A stretch of 32,747 nt of DNA from a virus (taxonomy: Duplodnaviria; Heunggongvirae; Uroviricota; Caudoviricetes): the IMG/VR virus record IMGVR_UViG_2636415906_000003, positions 1 through 32,747 of that record; one strand, given 5' to 3'. A program made the position numbers and the translations under genes. This document shows, piece by piece, positions 17,171 through 27,879 of this stretch. Under the pieces are notes generated by a model. The model saw nothing but the letters and a program-made list of their open reading frames with translations. It searched no databases and was not told the origin of the DNA. Within the stretch, counting starts at the first letter, position 1. Every line of letters starts with the position of its first letter.

Positions 17171-17356
17171 ATGGATCGGATGAGTGTATTCCTTGCCGCA
17201 GATAACGAATCCGGGCATGTACAGGCCGTTATCGCAGAAAAAGACTTCCAGTTTTTCGAAAGGTTGGGCTTTGTTGCCTCAGTTGATGAATTGAAACCGA
17301 CCAGTAAGCGAGGTCGCAAGGCGGCGGACAATGGCAACAGTACTGACAAAGGGTGA
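17171..17356 (+). CDS. Small hypothetical protein between coat and gp4 (61 aa)
   Basis: ORF with an AAGGAAA SD directly after the coat terminator. Confidence 0.45.
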   Translation: MDRMSVFLAADNESGHVQAVIAEKDFQFFERLGFVASVDELKPTSKRGRKAADNGNSTDKG

Positions 17357-17813
17357 GATCGTCCTTTTTGCGCTTCGTAAGTTTGCTATTGCTTCTAATG
17401 CATCGCTTACTGATGTTGAGCCGCAATCAATTGAAGATGGTGTAAATGATCTGGAAGATATGATGTCCGAGTGGATGATTAACCCCGGCGACATTGGTTA
17501 CGCTTTCGCAACTGGAGATGAGCAGCCATTACCAGATGATGAGTCAGGTCTTCCAAGAAAATACAAACACGCAGTAGGCTATCAGTTATTGCTGAGAATG
17601 CTATCTGATTACAGCCTTGAACCAACTCCGCAAGTTCTCAGTAACGCCCAACGCTCATATGATGCCTTGATGACCGACACTCTGGTTGTTCCTTCAATGC
17701 GACGACGTGGAGATTTTCCTGTAGGGCAGGGTAATAAATATGACGTGTTCACATCTGACCGATATTATCCAGGCGATCTCCCTCTGATTGATGGCGATAT
17801 CCCAAACGCATAG
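17331..17813 (+). CDS. Head completion / tail adaptor protein (P22 gp4-like)
   Basis: 160-aa ORF; [23 protein letters not shown] aligns with P22 gp4 [23 protein letters not shown]. Confidence 0.7.
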   Translation: [160 protein letters not shown]

Positions 17814-17821
17814 GTGAATAA

Positions 17822-19240
17822 ATGCCTATTCAGCAACTTCCGCTTATGAAAGGTGTCGGCAAAGACTTCCGAAACGCCGACTATATCGACTATCTGCCAG
17901 TGAATATGTTGGCTACACCCAAAGAAATCCTGAACAGCAGCGGATATCTTCGCTCATTCCCGGGCATTGCCAAACGTTCTGATGTGAACGGTGTATCGCG
18001 CGGAGTCGAGTACAACATGGCGCAGAATGCTGTTTATCGTGTCTGTGGTGGCAAGCTCTACAAAGGCGAAAGCGAAGTCGGTGACGTCGCCGGAAGTGGT
18101 CGCGTATCAATGGCACATGGTCGGACATCTCAGGCTGTAGGCGTTAATGGTCAACTGGTCGAGTATCGCTATGATGGCACGGTTAAAACCGTCTCAAACT
18201 GGCCTGCAGACAGCGGATTTACGCAGTATGAGTTAGGTTCAGTCCGCGACATTACACGCTTACGTGGGCGTTATGCGTGGTCAAAAGACGGCACGGATTC
18301 ATGGTTTATCACTGACCTTGAAGACGAATCGCATCCTGACCGTTACAGCGCACAATATCGTGCCGAGTCGCAGCCGGACGGCATCATCGGCATCGGAACA
18401 TGGCGAGACTTCATCGTCTGCTTTGGTTCATCGACGATTGAATATTTTTCCCTGACAGGTGCAACCACCGTTGGTGCCGCGTTGTATGTCGCACAGCCAT
18501 CACTGATGGTGCAGAAAGGAATTGCCGGGACTTACTGTAAAACGCCGTTTGCTGATTCGTATGCGTTTATCAGCAATCCGGCAACAGGTGCGCCGTCTGT
18601 ATACATCATCGGCTCCGGTCAGGTGTCACCAATTGCCAGTGCGAGCATTGAGAAAATCCTCCGCTCCTACACTGCTGATGAACTGGCTAATGGTGTGATG
18701 GAATCGCTGAGATTTGATGCTCATGAGTTGCTGATTATCCACCTTCCGCGCCATGTTCTCGTGTACGACGCATCTTCAAGCGCCAATGGTCCGCAATGGT
18801 GCGTACTGAAAACAGGACTGTATGACGATGTATACCGCGCTATCGACTTCATTTACGAAGGCAATCAGATAACGTGCGGCGATAAGCTGGAATCGGTGAC
18901 CGGGAAATTGCAGTTCGATATCAGCAGTCAGTATGGGCTTCAACAGGAACACCTGCTGTTTACTCCACTGTTCAAAGCGGATAACGCCAGATGCTTCGAT
19001 CTGGAGGTGGAATCATCCACTGGCGTAGCTCAGTATGCCGACCGCCTGTTCCTCTCTGCAACCACTGACGGCATCAATTACGGGCGTGAGCAGATGATTG
19101 AGCAGAATGAACCGTTCGTTTACGACAAACGCGTTTTGTGGAAGCGTGTCGGGCGAATAAGGAAAAATGTCGGCTTCAAATTGCGCGTTATCACTAAGTC
19201 ACCTGTCACCCTGTCTGGCTGCTCTATTAGGCTGGAGTAA
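17822..19240 (+). CDS. Tail accessory protein (P22 gp10-like)
   Basis: 472-aa ORF matching my memory of P22 gp10 along its full length (MPIQQLPLMKGVGKDFRNADYIDYLPVNMLATPKEILNSSGYLRSFPGI...). Confidence 0.85.
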   Translation: MPIQQLPLMKGVGKDFRNADYIDYLPVNMLATPKEILNSSGYLRSFPGIAKRSDVNGVSRGVEYNMAQNAVYRVCGGKLYKGESEVGDVAGSGRVSMAHGRTSQAVGVNGQLVEYRYDGTVKTVSNWPADSGFTQYELGSVRDITRLRGRYAWSKDGTDSWFITDLEDESHPDRYSAQYRAESQPDGIIGIGTWRDFIVCFGSSTIEYFSLTGATTVGAALYVAQPSLMVQKGIAGTYCKTPFADSYAFISNPATGAPSVYIIGSGQVSPIASASIEKILRSYTADELANGVMESLRFDAHELLIIHLPRHVLVYDASSSANGPQWCVLKTGLYDDVYRAIDFIYEGNQITCGDKLESVTGKLQFDISSQYGLQQEHLLFTPLFKADNARCFDLEVESSTGVAQYADRLFLSATTDGINYGREQMIEQNEPFVYDKRVLWKRVGRIRKNVGFKLRVITKSPVTLSGCSIRLE

Positions 19241-19242
19241 TA

Positions 19243-19737
19243 ATGATTTCACATGAAGAGTTGAAGCGTCATTTATCATATGACCCAGAAACCGGGGTTT
19301 TTACCCGAAAAATATCAAATACAGCGAGCGTCACCGTTGGTGATGAAGCGGGAACCATGTGCACTGGTTATTTAAGGATAATGGTCTGTGGTAAGAGATA
19401 CTTAGCGCATAGGCTTGCTTGGTTTTATATGACAGGAAAACCTGCAAATTGCTTAATAGATCATATTAACGGAGACAGAACGGATAACAGATTTTCAAAT
19501 TTAAGATTGGCAAATAGATCCCAGAATGGGATGAACAGGAATATTCAAAGAAATAATAAGTCAGGATATCCGGGTGTCTGTTGGCACAAAAATCTCTGCA
19601 AGTGGACTGTTTCTTTCAAGAAAAATAAAAAACAGGTTCACGTTGGATGCTTCGATGACCTGGACGAAGCTATCTCAGCATCAATGATGGCAAGAGCAGA
19701 AAATTTTGGAGAGTTTGCAAGGCAGAGGATCGAGTAA
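19243..19737 (+). CDS. HNH homing-type endonuclease with AP2-like DNA-binding domain
   Basis: HNH motif ([25 protein letters not shown]) plus an AP2-like segment ([31 protein letters not shown]); the gene is visibly more AT-rich than its neighbours. Confidence 0.8.
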   Translation: MISHEELKRHLSYDPETGVFTRKISNTASVTVGDEAGTMCTGYLRIMVCGKRYLAHRLAWFYMTGKPANCLIDHINGDRTDNRFSNLRLANRSQNGMNRNIQRNNKSGYPGVCWHKNLCKWTVSFKKNKKQVHVGCFDDLDEAISASMMARAENFGEFARQRIE

Positions 19738-20438
19738 TGGTTGATTCATCACTGAATGATCCTGTCGTGGTTCAGGCTACGCGCCTTGATGCTTCAATTT
19801 TGCCACGCAATATATTCAGCCAGTCTTACCTGCTGTATGTCATAAATCAGGGTGCTGATGTCGGTGCGATTGCTGGGAAGGCAAATCAGGCTGGTCAGGG
19901 CGCTTATGATGCTCAAGTGAAAAACGATGAACAGGACGTCGAACTGGCAGATCACGATGCAAGAATCACCGCAAACACAAAAGCGATAAATCTCCTTGAG
20001 GTCAGGTTAACAACTGCCGAAGGGAAGATAGTCGTACTGCGTAGCGATGTTGATTACTTGCTGGATGAGGTTATCGATATTCAGGCGCATCTGGTCACTG
20101 TTGACCAAAGACTGGATGGCGTAGAAAGCGATGTATCTGACATTAAGAGTGATTACGTATCGAAAACCGTAACCGAATCGCAGTCTCTTGCGTCACCGCT
20201 GGATGTAAAAACATCATATTCAGTTGATGGAATTCAGGTTGTTGGAGCAAGAAATACCGGATGGACTGCAGCCACAGGTACACCTCTTCTTGGCTCATTC
20301 AACGCTAACCAGTCATACACGGTCGGCACTACGTACACACAATCCGAAGTCGCGGCTCTCGCTACAGGTTTGCAGCAGGCGCGGCAGCGTATTCTGGCGC
20401 TTGAAACAGCACTTAGATTACATGGGCTGATTGACTGA
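19737..20438 (+). CDS. Tail needle protein (P22 gp26-like)
   Basis: 233-aa ORF matching P22 gp26 at the N-terminus ([17 protein letters not shown]) and C-terminus ([20 protein letters not shown]...LRLHGLID). Confidence 0.85.
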   Translation: MVDSSLNDPVVVQATRLDASILPRNIFSQSYLLYVINQGADVGAIAGKANQAGQGAYDAQVKNDEQDVELADHDARITANTKAINLLEVRLTTAEGKIVVLRSDVDYLLDEVIDIQAHLVTVDQRLDGVESDVSDIKSDYVSKTVTESQSLASPLDVKTSYSVDGIQVVGARNTGWTAATGTPLLGSFNANQSYTVGTTYTQSEVAALATGLQQARQRILALETALRLHGLID

Positions 20439-20893
20439 TGATTACATTCAAACCAACGCGAAACATCGACTTGATCGAAGCAGTCGGAAATCACCCTGAC
20501 ATTATTGCCGGGAGCAACAACGGTGATGGATACGACTACAAGCCTGAATGCCGTTACTTCGAGGTGAACGTGCACGGGCAGTTTGGCGGCATTGTTTACT
20601 ATCAGGAGATTCAGCCGCTTACATTCGATTGCCACGCCATGTACCTGCCAGAGGTTCGTGGATTCAGCAAGGAAATCGGTCTGGCGTTCTGGCGATACAT
20701 TCTGACTAACACCACTGTTCAGTGCGTCACATCGTTCGCTGCACGCAAATTCCGCCATGGTCAGATGTACTGCGCAATGATTGGCCTTAAGCGTGTAGGA
20801 ACCATCAAGAAATACTTCAAAGGCGTGGATGACGTGACGTTTTACAGCGCCACACGCGAAGAACTAATCGACTTCCTGAATCACGGGAGATAG
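20438..20893 (+). CDS. Virion assembly protein at the gp14 position (P22 gp14-like)
   Basis: 151-aa ORF between the gp26 and gp7 homologues, its start overlapping the gp26 stop; assigned by position. Confidence 0.55.
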   Translation: MITFKPTRNIDLIEAVGNHPDIIAGSNNGDGYDYKPECRYFEVNVHGQFGGIVYYQEIQPLTFDCHAMYLPEVRGFSKEIGLAFWRYILTNTTVQCVTSFAARKFRHGQMYCAMIGLKRVGTIKKYFKGVDDVTFYSATREELIDFLNHGR

Positions 20894-20895
20894 CC

Positions 20896-21591
20896 ATGTT
20901 ATATGCATTTAAGCTGGGCAGAAAACTGCGCGGCGAGGAACCTTATTGCCCTGAAAAAGGCGGGAAAGGTGGCAGTTCTGATAAAAGTGCAAAGTATGCC
21001 GCAGAAGCTCAGAAGTATGCCGCAGACCTGCAAAATCAGCAGTTCAACACCATCATGAACAACCTGAAGCCGTTTACTCCTCTGGCTGGGAAGTATGTCG
21101 GCAGCCTTGAGAACTTATCGTCTCTGGAAGGGCAAGGTCAGGCACTTAACCAGTATTACAACTCTCAGCAGTACAAAGATCTTGCTGGTCAGGCTCGCTA
21201 TCAGAGTCTGGCGGCAGCGGAAGCAACAGGTGGATTAGGTTCCACCGCAACCAGTAATCAGTTAGCAACAATCGCACCAACGCTTGGTCAGCAATGGCTA
21301 TCTGGTCAGATGAACAACTACCAGAATCTGGCAAATATTGGTCTTGGCGCACTGCAAGGTCAGGCAAACGCCGGGCAGACATATGCCAACAACATGAGTC
21401 AGATTTCGCAGCAAAGTGCGGCTCTTGCAGCGGCAAATGCCAACAGACCATCAGCAATGCAATCTGCTATTGGCGGGGGTGCGTCTGGTGCTATTGCTGG
21501 GGCTGGACTTGCGAAATTAATTGGTTCATCAACTCCGTGGGGTGCTGGTATCGGTGCTGGTATCGGTCTGCTTAGTTCACTGCTTTATTAA
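20896..21591 (+). CDS. Ejection (DNA transfer) protein (P22 gp7-like)
   Basis: 231-aa Gln/Ala/Gly-rich ORF with a hydrophobic Gly-rich C-terminus, in the gp7 position. Confidence 0.75.
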   Translation: MLYAFKLGRKLRGEEPYCPEKGGKGGSSDKSAKYAAEAQKYAADLQNQQFNTIMNNLKPFTPLAGKYVGSLENLSSLEGQGQALNQYYNSQQYKDLAGQARYQSLAAAEATGGLGSTATSNQLATIAPTLGQQWLSGQMNNYQNLANIGLGALQGQANAGQTYANNMSQISQQSAALAAANANRPSAMQSAIGGGASGAIAGAGLAKLIGSSTPWGAGIGAGIGLLSSLLY

Positions 21592-21601
21592 GGGGTAATC
21601 A

Positions 21602-23017
21602 ATGGCTACGTGGCAACAGGGTATTAATTCTGGTGGTTTTCTGGCTGGCATCGGTACGCAAAATGAGAATGCGCCAAAGGCAAGCGACATTAACGCAACG
21701 CTTGGTCTGATCCGCGAAAACAATGAACTGGCTCGCTCAGGTGCAAATAACGTTGGTCTGACCGCGTTACGTGGTCTGGCTGGAGTTGCTGATATTTACA
21801 ATCAGGAACAGCAACAGAAAGCGATTAGTGCGTTCAATAAGGTTCATGCTGATGCATGGGCTTCTGGTGATCCATCTGGACTATTTAAGTTTGCCCAGGA
21901 AAATCCAGCGTTTGTTGCACAGGCACAACAGGCGTTTTCCGGTCTTAATGAGCAGCAACGCAACGATATGGGCGATTTAGCCATGAGGGCTAACGTCGCT
22001 CTTTCTCAGGGACCGGAAGCCTACAGTAAATTCATTACTGACAACAAGGACAGGTTAAATCGCGTGGGGGCGAATGCTGACTGGATGATTCAGACAGGTA
22101 TCCAGAATCCAGAGCAGCTATCACACATGCTGACTACTATGTCTCTCGGTGCGCTTGGACCAGAAAAGGCGTTTGCTGTTCAGGATAAGATGGCTGGTCG
22201 TGAAATTGACCGAGGCAGGCTGGCAGAGACAATCCGCAGCAATCAGGCTGGTGAAGCACTTCAGGCGAGAGGGCAAAACCTTTCCTATCAGTCAGCAATG
22301 ACTGGGCACAATATCGCAGCACAACGCTTGGCTCTGGATCAGCAAGAGTTCGGGTTTAAGATGCAGCAAGCGCAGGAAAAGGCTCAGCAGTTGATTAGTG
22401 AAGCACCTAAGCTGTCAGTAAACATGGAAAAAGGCATCGAGACGGCTGTAAACAATGCCACAGCATCATCAAACTCAGCCAATTCTATGAGTGCGCTTGC
22501 TCAACAGTTCAGAGCAGAAAAACCAACGACAGGTTTGTTCGGTAACGCACAGAACATGTTCGCAAAACTTACCGGAAGCGATACAACATTGCGTGATTTG
22601 CGCATTCGCCAAAATGCCCTTGTTAACAGTCAGGTTCTTAAATTCCTACCTCCCGGCCCAGCAACGGATAAAGACGTTGAGATCGTTCGACAGGGTGCGC
22701 CAACTGACATGGATAACCCTGAGACGGTCGCAAGATGGCTTGATGCAATGGCAAACCTTGAGCGACGAAACGCGCAGTTTAATGAGTTTAAAGCCGAGTG
22801 GATGAGCGCGAATGGCAACCCTGGACAATCGCGTAATGGCGGTCAGATATTGGGGTTGGATGTTAAAAAAGGTGAATCATTGGGGAGTGCCGTTAAGCGG
22901 TATATGTCAATGAATACTGACGCAGCGCCAGCACAAGATTCGACACCTTCAGGAGAACCACGGAATCAGGTTGGATCATATACCTCAAAATCAGGCATTC
23001 AATTTACGGTGGAATGA
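21602..23017 (+). CDS. Ejection protein (P22 gp20-like)
   Basis: 471-aa ORF in the gp20 position, the same length as P22 gp20. Confidence 0.8.
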   Translation: MATWQQGINSGGFLAGIGTQNENAPKASDINATLGLIRENNELARSGANNVGLTALRGLAGVADIYNQEQQQKAISAFNKVHADAWASGDPSGLFKFAQENPAFVAQAQQAFSGLNEQQRNDMGDLAMRANVALSQGPEAYSKFITDNKDRLNRVGANADWMIQTGIQNPEQLSHMLTTMSLGALGPEKAFAVQDKMAGREIDRGRLAETIRSNQAGEALQARGQNLSYQSAMTGHNIAAQRLALDQQEFGFKMQQAQEKAQQLISEAPKLSVNMEKGIETAVNNATASSNSANSMSALAQQFRAEKPTTGLFGNAQNMFAKLTGSDTTLRDLRIRQNALVNSQVLKFLPPGPATDKDVEIVRQGAPTDMDNPETVARWLDAMANLERRNAQFNEFKAEWMSANGNPGQSRNGGQILGLDVKKGESLGSAVKRYMSMNTDAAPAQDSTPSGEPRNQVGSYTSKSGIQFTVE

Positions 23018-24846
23018 TGAAAGTAACTGCAAACGGTAAGACATTTACCTTTCCTGATGGTACGAGCACCGAAGATATTGGCACCGCCATTGATGAGTAT
23101 TTTGCTGGTCAGGCTGTTCAGCAACAAACAGTTAATCAGGCCAATAATGCACCAACACGGGAAGAACCATCATTGATGCAACAAGCTGGCGATTGGCTCA
23201 CTGGTGGTCAAAGTGCAGGGCAAATTGCAGAACAGGCTGGCCGTGGTCTGGTAAACATACCATTTGACGTATTGCAGGGTGGTGCAAGTCTGATTAATGC
23301 AATCAGTCAGGGGCTTGGTGGGCCAAAAGTATTGGATGATGTTTATCGTCCAGTAGACAGACCGACAGACCCCTACGCGCAAGCCGGTGAAACAATTGGT
23401 GGGTATTTAGTTCCAGGAGTTGGAACGGCAGGAAGCATGGCTATTGGATCACTGGCAGAGGCCGCAAATCAGAAAGGCGATTTCGCACAAAATGCAACTA
23501 AAAATGCCGGAGTTAACCTTGCCGCTCAGGGGGTTCTTTCCGCAGCAGCAAAGGGAATAGGGCGTGGAATTACTGCTGTTCGTGGCGAAATATCACCAGC
23601 AGATCAGCAATTGCTCAAGCGTGCCGCTGCGGCAGATGTACCAGTTATGACATCGGATGTAGTTCCTCCAAAAACAAAACTTGGCAATCAACTGCAGGGT
23701 TACTCAGAAGGAGTCATAGCTGGGACTGGACCAATGAGAGCCGCACAGCAGGATGCTAGAACCAAGCTTGTTAATCGCTTCACCGAAAAATACGGCGACT
23801 ACGATCCATCTGTAGTCGTTGATAGTCTAAAGTCAGGCGTTGCAAGGGAAAAATCGTTAGCCAAGTCAAAACTAAACAACCTGTCAGGAAGAATGGTTGG
23901 AAAGCCAGTTGATACAAGTGGCGCCATAAGAGCTATCGACGGAGCAGTAAACGAACTTGGGAAACTTAAAGGTGTTTCTGACACCCAGACCATTTCTGCG
24001 CTTAATGATTATAAGAATGCCATTCAGGAGATAACAAATGGAGATGATGCCTTTGAGTTACTTGATAAGCTGAGAACTCAGTTCCGCATTGACGTAAAAG
24101 GCGATCGTACAGTTCTGCCATCAATGTCGCAAACAATGGTCGACAGGGTCTACAACTCGCTAACCAATAGCCTTAGTAAATCTATAGCGAAAGGACTTAG
24201 CCCAAAAGATGCTTCAGCATGGAGAGCGGGAAAAGCTGATTATGCAAAAATGGCAACACATGCAACTCAAACGCGCCTTAAAAACGTTCTAAACAAAGGA
24301 GATTTAACTCCCGAGGCTGTAAATACCATTGTGTATGGACAATATGGGTCAGATATAGCTCGATTGTACGGGAAACTCGATCAAAAAGGTAAAGACATGC
24401 TAAGGGCGGCATATATCAGCAAAATAGCTGACAAGGTAGGTGACAGCCCTCAGAAAATGATGACCGAGCTTGGCAAGCTGCAAAAACAAGCAAATGGTCA
24501 GGTGTTTAAAACTGTATTTGGTGGGAAGAACGGAAAAGAGATAGAGGGGATGTTATCTATTCTCGATGCTACCAAAAGAGCATCTGAGGCTAATGTTGTG
24601 ACGAAGACTGGCATGACACTCGCGCCTTTGGTAAGGGTTATTGGTAACCTAAAAACCGGAGGCGCGCTATTGGCTGGGGAAACAGGGATTGGCCTTATGT
24701 CGAGGGTTTATGAAAGCCCTATGGCTAGGAATGCGCTCTTACGTCTGGCAAACACTAAAGCTGGAACGCCAGCTTATGAAAGAGCGCTGAATAACGCCGC
24801 AAATGCCATCAGACCAATACTTGCCAATGATGCAACTGATCGCTAA
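23014..24846 (+). CDS. Ejection protein (P22 gp16-like)
   Basis: 610-aa ORF in the gp16 position, its start overlapping the gp20 stop. Confidence 0.8.
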   Translation: MMKVTANGKTFTFPDGTSTEDIGTAIDEYFAGQAVQQQTVNQANNAPTREEPSLMQQAGDWLTGGQSAGQIAEQAGRGLVNIPFDVLQGGASLINAISQGLGGPKVLDDVYRPVDRPTDPYAQAGETIGGYLVPGVGTAGSMAIGSLAEAANQKGDFAQNATKNAGVNLAAQGVLSAAAKGIGRGITAVRGEISPADQQLLKRAAAADVPVMTSDVVPPKTKLGNQLQGYSEGVIAGTGPMRAAQQDARTKLVNRFTEKYGDYDPSVVVDSLKSGVAREKSLAKSKLNNLSGRMVGKPVDTSGAIRAIDGAVNELGKLKGVSDTQTISALNDYKNAIQEITNGDDAFELLDKLRTQFRIDVKGDRTVLPSMSQTMVDRVYNSLTNSLSKSIAKGLSPKDASAWRAGKADYAKMATHATQTRLKNVLNKGDLTPEAVNTIVYGQYGSDIARLYGKLDQKGKDMLRAAYISKIADKVGDSPQKMMTELGKLQKQANGQVFKTVFGGKNGKEIEGMLSILDATKRASEANVVTKTGMTLAPLVRVIGNLKTGGALLAGETGIGLMSRVYESPMARNALLRLANTKAGTPAYERALNNAANAIRPILANDATDR

Positions 24847-24867
24847 GGGTTGATGTCATGGATGTTG

Positions 24868-25507
24868 TTAATTGCGAATGGAATCGCGGAACTCTTTGCT
24901 TGATAGAAAAGGATCTGTTCTCCTTAACTCATCATAGTTTTTATTAAACTTTCTTGCTTCACCTGGGTATCTGTTGAACAAAACATTGCAGAAAAAAGAG
25001 AGCAATAACTCACATATGAATGCTAATACCCTGAAAAATAAAGGTATAAAAAGAAGGGAAGGTTCATTGAAGTCTCTATTCCAAACAAAATAGACAATCA
25101 TCCCGACATACCAAATTGATATCCCTATACTGATGATTGTTCCAACAGAGGTAACTACGATCCCGATTAAGTCGGACAGTCTGTTTGCCAGTAACTCATT
25201 TGAGTATCTTGCAATCATATACCGCCAACATTTTGCAATATCATCCTGATCTGTAGAGTCTTCTGGAATAGCTAGGCTTCTACATATTGAAGTAGCTCTT
25301 TTTTTCTCAACTCTTTTTGAGAGCCATCCATTAAAGAGATACATCAACACCTGCGTTGCTATTCCTGCACCAAGTGATATCAAAGACATCCCCAAAAATC
25401 GCCATCCTGGAGATAGTGACTGGTACTGCCAAAACAAAAAAAATTAAAAAACCCAATGAGCCTATGACATAGGCTGATGTATCGCTATATATATCTATTT
25501 TTTTCAT
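24868..25507 (-). CDS. Polytopic membrane protein at the sieA position (candidate superinfection exclusion protein); possibly frameshifted
   Basis: An ATG-initiated 58-codon frame (25507 down to 25331) encodes one predicted TM helix; a second frame (reaching 25437 down to 24868) encodes three more. The frames overlap around T5/G4 runs near 25385..25400. AT-rich. Confidence 0.45.
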
Positions 25508-25557
25508 TGAGTAGCCACTCCTTAGTTTTGAGCAGAACACCGGATGATAATGTTTTG

Positions 25558-25809
25558 TTATGTGTCTTTTGGGATTCTATCCAGTAACTCGTTGGAAATT
25601 TTATCAAGTAAAGATTTTATTTGTTTAAGATCTAATGATTTGTCTACTGATGAGACGTCATATGATAACGCATCCTCAAGAATTTGAACTATCTCTGAGT
25701 TCATAGATCGACCGTTTCGTTTAGCCCTTTCCGCAATAGCACTACGCATGCCGTCAGGCATTCTAACCGTAAATCTTTCTATGAAATTTGATTCGTCTTT
25801 TTCTGACAT
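25558..25809 (-). CDS. mnt: Mnt-like ribbon-helix-helix repressor
   Basis: RHH N-terminus aligning with P22 Mnt (FTVRMPDGMRSAIAERAKRNGRSMNSEIVQILEDALS against FNFRMPMEVREKLKFRAEANGRSMNSELLQIVQDALS); divergent from the arc-like gene. Confidence 0.65.
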   Translation of the reverse strand: MSEKDESNFIERFTVRMPDGMRSAIAERAKRNGRSMNSEIVQILEDALSYDVSSVDKSLDLKQIKSLLDKISNELLDRIPKDT

Positions 25810-25892
25810 TTTCTTATTCGCAAGGCATATGAGCAATAAAAAACACAGTAGCATCATATTGACATTATGAGCAATGGCATCATAATGGTGTC

Positions 25893-25913
25893 ATGACATC
25901 ATGGTGATGTCAT
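25893..25913. promoter_or_regulatory. Operator-like perfect palindrome between the divergent mnt-like and arc-like genes
   Basis: atgacatca-tgg-tgatgtcat is a 21-bp palindrome, with further catcat / gtcatgac repeats in 25860..25925. Confidence 0.5.
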
Positions 25914-25929
25914 TATGACGGAGATATTG

Positions 25930-26106
25930 ATGATGAGCGATGTTCTTTACAGTGGTCGTAAAAGTCAGAGTTTCCAGCTTCGTTTGCCAGCGCGAATGAA
26001 GGAGGAGATCAGACGCGTAGCTGAAATGGATGGAATTTCTATCAACTCTGCGATTGTGCAGCGACTGGCTAAAAGCCTGAGAGAGGAAAGAGCTAATGCC
26101 CAGTAA
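25930..26106 (+). CDS. arc: Arc-like ribbon-helix-helix repressor
   Basis: 58-aa ORF with GGAG SD; SFQLRLPARMKEEIRRVAEMDGISINSAIVQRL aligns with P22 Arc (PQFNLRWPREVLDLVRKVAEENGRSVNSEIYQRV). Confidence 0.7.
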   Translation: MMSDVLYSGRKSQSFQLRLPARMKEEIRRVAEMDGISINSAIVQRLAKSLREERANAQ

Positions 26107-26179
26107 AAATAGTGAAGCCCGGCAGTGCGCGAACACAAACCGGGCCTCTATGTCAGTAACCGTATGCAAGGAAACTAAC

Positions 26180-26806
26180 ATGAATATTGTAGCAAAATCA
26201 GATTACAACTTCCACGGAGTTGAGTTGGTGCCCACCCGTGATATGCATGGTGTTTGGTTTACATCATCTAATATTGCATCTGCACTTAAATACGCAAATA
26301 GTCGTGCAGTAACAATGATTTATAACAAGTATAGCGATGAGTTTAGCGCCGGAATGACTCAGGTACTCGAAGTGAGTACCTCAGGAAATTATCGCAAAAA
26401 AGTGCGAGTTTTCTCACTACGCGGTGCCCACCTAATCGCGATGTTTGCTCGCACTCCGGTAGCCAAAGGGTTCCGCCGCTGGGTGCTGGATATTTTGGAT
26501 CGGCAGGCAGAATGCTCACCGATTGCAAAACAGTTTACTGACGAAGAACTGGTTAATCTCTGCTACTTACAATTGTGGATGGAGAAGAGTCAACAAATGT
26601 GCAAACACATCTACCCAGGAATGAAGCAAATTGGTTCTGAGCTTTCAGGAAGGATTTACGATATTGCATATGAGACTCGCTACATGTCAGAAGAAACCAA
26701 GAAATCGCTTCTTCGTGAAATGAAGAATCTTGGTACCAACAATTTTGTCGTAAAGAACGCTCAGCCAATGCTGGCAAAACTTCGCGGCGAGGAATGGATT
26801 CATTGA
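26180..26806 (+). CDS. ant: Antirepressor, AntA/Bro-N-type N-terminal domain protein
   Basis: Lies downstream of arc; PVAKGFRRWVLDILDRQAE aligns with the P22 Ant motif PEAKPFRRWVTSEVLPSIRQ. Start taken at ATG 26180 after an AAGGAAA SD. Confidence 0.65.
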   Translation: MNIVAKSDYNFHGVELVPTRDMHGVWFTSSNIASALKYANSRAVTMIYNKYSDEFSAGMTQVLEVSTSGNYRKKVRVFSLRGAHLIAMFARTPVAKGFRRWVLDILDRQAECSPIAKQFTDEELVNLCYLQLWMEKSQQMCKHIYPGMKQIGSELSGRIYDIAYETRYMSEETKKSLLREMKNLGTNNFVVKNAQPMLAKLRGEEWIH

Positions 26807-26893
26807 TTGGTGCACAGGACGGCGCAAAAGAAAACCGCCAGTGTGCTGCTGGCGGCCTATGTCACACCCTTACTACCACATAAGGAATGCCTA

Positions 26894-27622
26894 ATGACTT
26901 TTAAGAATGTAGCAAACATCGGATCCGTTGTCACGGATAAAACCATTGACAGCCAGCGCCTGCTTGAGATGGTAAATCAGGCTCGTAGACAGTGCGGTGA
27001 GCCGGAGGTTCGTAATAACAAATTCATCGAGAAAATTGAAGATGAATTGGATGGAGAGCACTACACAAAAAGTGTAGTGCAAAAAGCGAACAAAACTTCG
27101 ATGGTTATCATTGAGATGTCAATCAAGCAAGCATTGCGAGTTGCCGCTCGCGAGTCAAAAGCCGTTCGCCGCTCACTGGTAGACCAACTTGAAAGTATGC
27201 AAGAAGCGCACATTAAAAGCGGTAAATCAGCGAGTGGACTTGTTGAGTATCGTCAAGCGCGAACATTGAAAATGACGGTTGAAGCTGTTACCAATCTGTT
27301 CGATCTGATGCCAAATCTTGCGCCGGAGGCAAAGCAGACAGCGGCAGCAAGTATAATCAACCCGCTCGTTGGTTTTAATGCAATACCTCTTCCGGCAATA
27401 GAAGAGCATTACTACTCAGCAGGGGAGGTTGCAGAGCAGCTTGGAGTAACGGCCAACAAGATTGGTCGCATTGCTAACGCAAACAACCTCAAAACTGAGC
27501 AGTACGGGAAGTTCTTCTTGGATAAATCTGCGCATTCAAGCAAACAGGTGGAAGCATTCCGCTACAATGCGGAGGGTGTTAAAGCACTACAACACCTGAT
27601 TCATGGGAGCAATGTTGCATAA
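26894..27622 (+). CDS. Second antirepressor-like / phage regulatory domain protein
   Basis: 243-aa ORF from ATG 26894 (TAAGGAA SD), immediately after the first antirepressor gene. The domain assignment is tentative. Confidence 0.5.
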   Translation: MTFKNVANIGSVVTDKTIDSQRLLEMVNQARRQCGEPEVRNNKFIEKIEDELDGEHYTKSVVQKANKTSMVIIEMSIKQALRVAARESKAVRRSLVDQLESMQEAHIKSGKSASGLVEYRQARTLKMTVEAVTNLFDLMPNLAPEAKQTAAASIINPLVGFNAIPLPAIEEHYYSAGEVAEQLGVTANKIGRIANANNLKTEQYGKFFLDKSAHSSKQVEAFRYNAEGVKALQHLIHGSNVA

Positions 27623-27843
27623 TGGCAAAGAAAAGATATGGCATTATGCCGCCAAGAATCAAAGGAAGAGCCAGGGTAAAAGGAGATGCTGGAAGGTATC
27701 ACATTCTTGGAGTTCTGTGGCATGAGAGAGCTTTAATTTTAAGTAGACCTCATGGGTACATTGAAAAGGTATCTATAGATAGAGTAGAGATTCTTCCCCT
27801 TACACCTGAAGAAGAAGAAACTTACGGACTTTTTGATAACTAA
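27622..27843 (+). CDS. Small basic hypothetical protein (73 aa)
   Basis: ORF overlapping the upstream stop and followed by a terminator hairpin; AT-rich. Confidence 0.45.
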   Translation: MAKKRYGIMPPRIKGRARVKGDAGRYHILGVLWHERALILSRPHGYIEKVSIDRVEILPLTPEEEETYGLFDN

Positions 27844-27850
27844 CCAATTA

Positions 27851-27879
27851 AACCCGCTTAATCGCGGGTTTTTTCTTTT
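27851..27879 (+). terminator. Rho-independent terminator after the ant operon
   Basis: Hairpin aacccgc-ttaatc-gcgggtt (27851..27870) followed by ttttcttttc; it overlaps the 3' end of the convergent mnt-like gene. Confidence 0.55.

Noticed and set aside
20234-20758. Minus-strand 174-codon ORF spanning the gp26/gp14 boundary
   Set aside because: Antisense to two virion genes in the late operon; no ribosome-binding site.
25891-26181. Minus-strand 96-codon ORF overlapping the arc-like gene and its operator region
   Set aside because: Antisense to the Arc-like gene and running through the operator palindromes; the Arc homology is on the plus strand.
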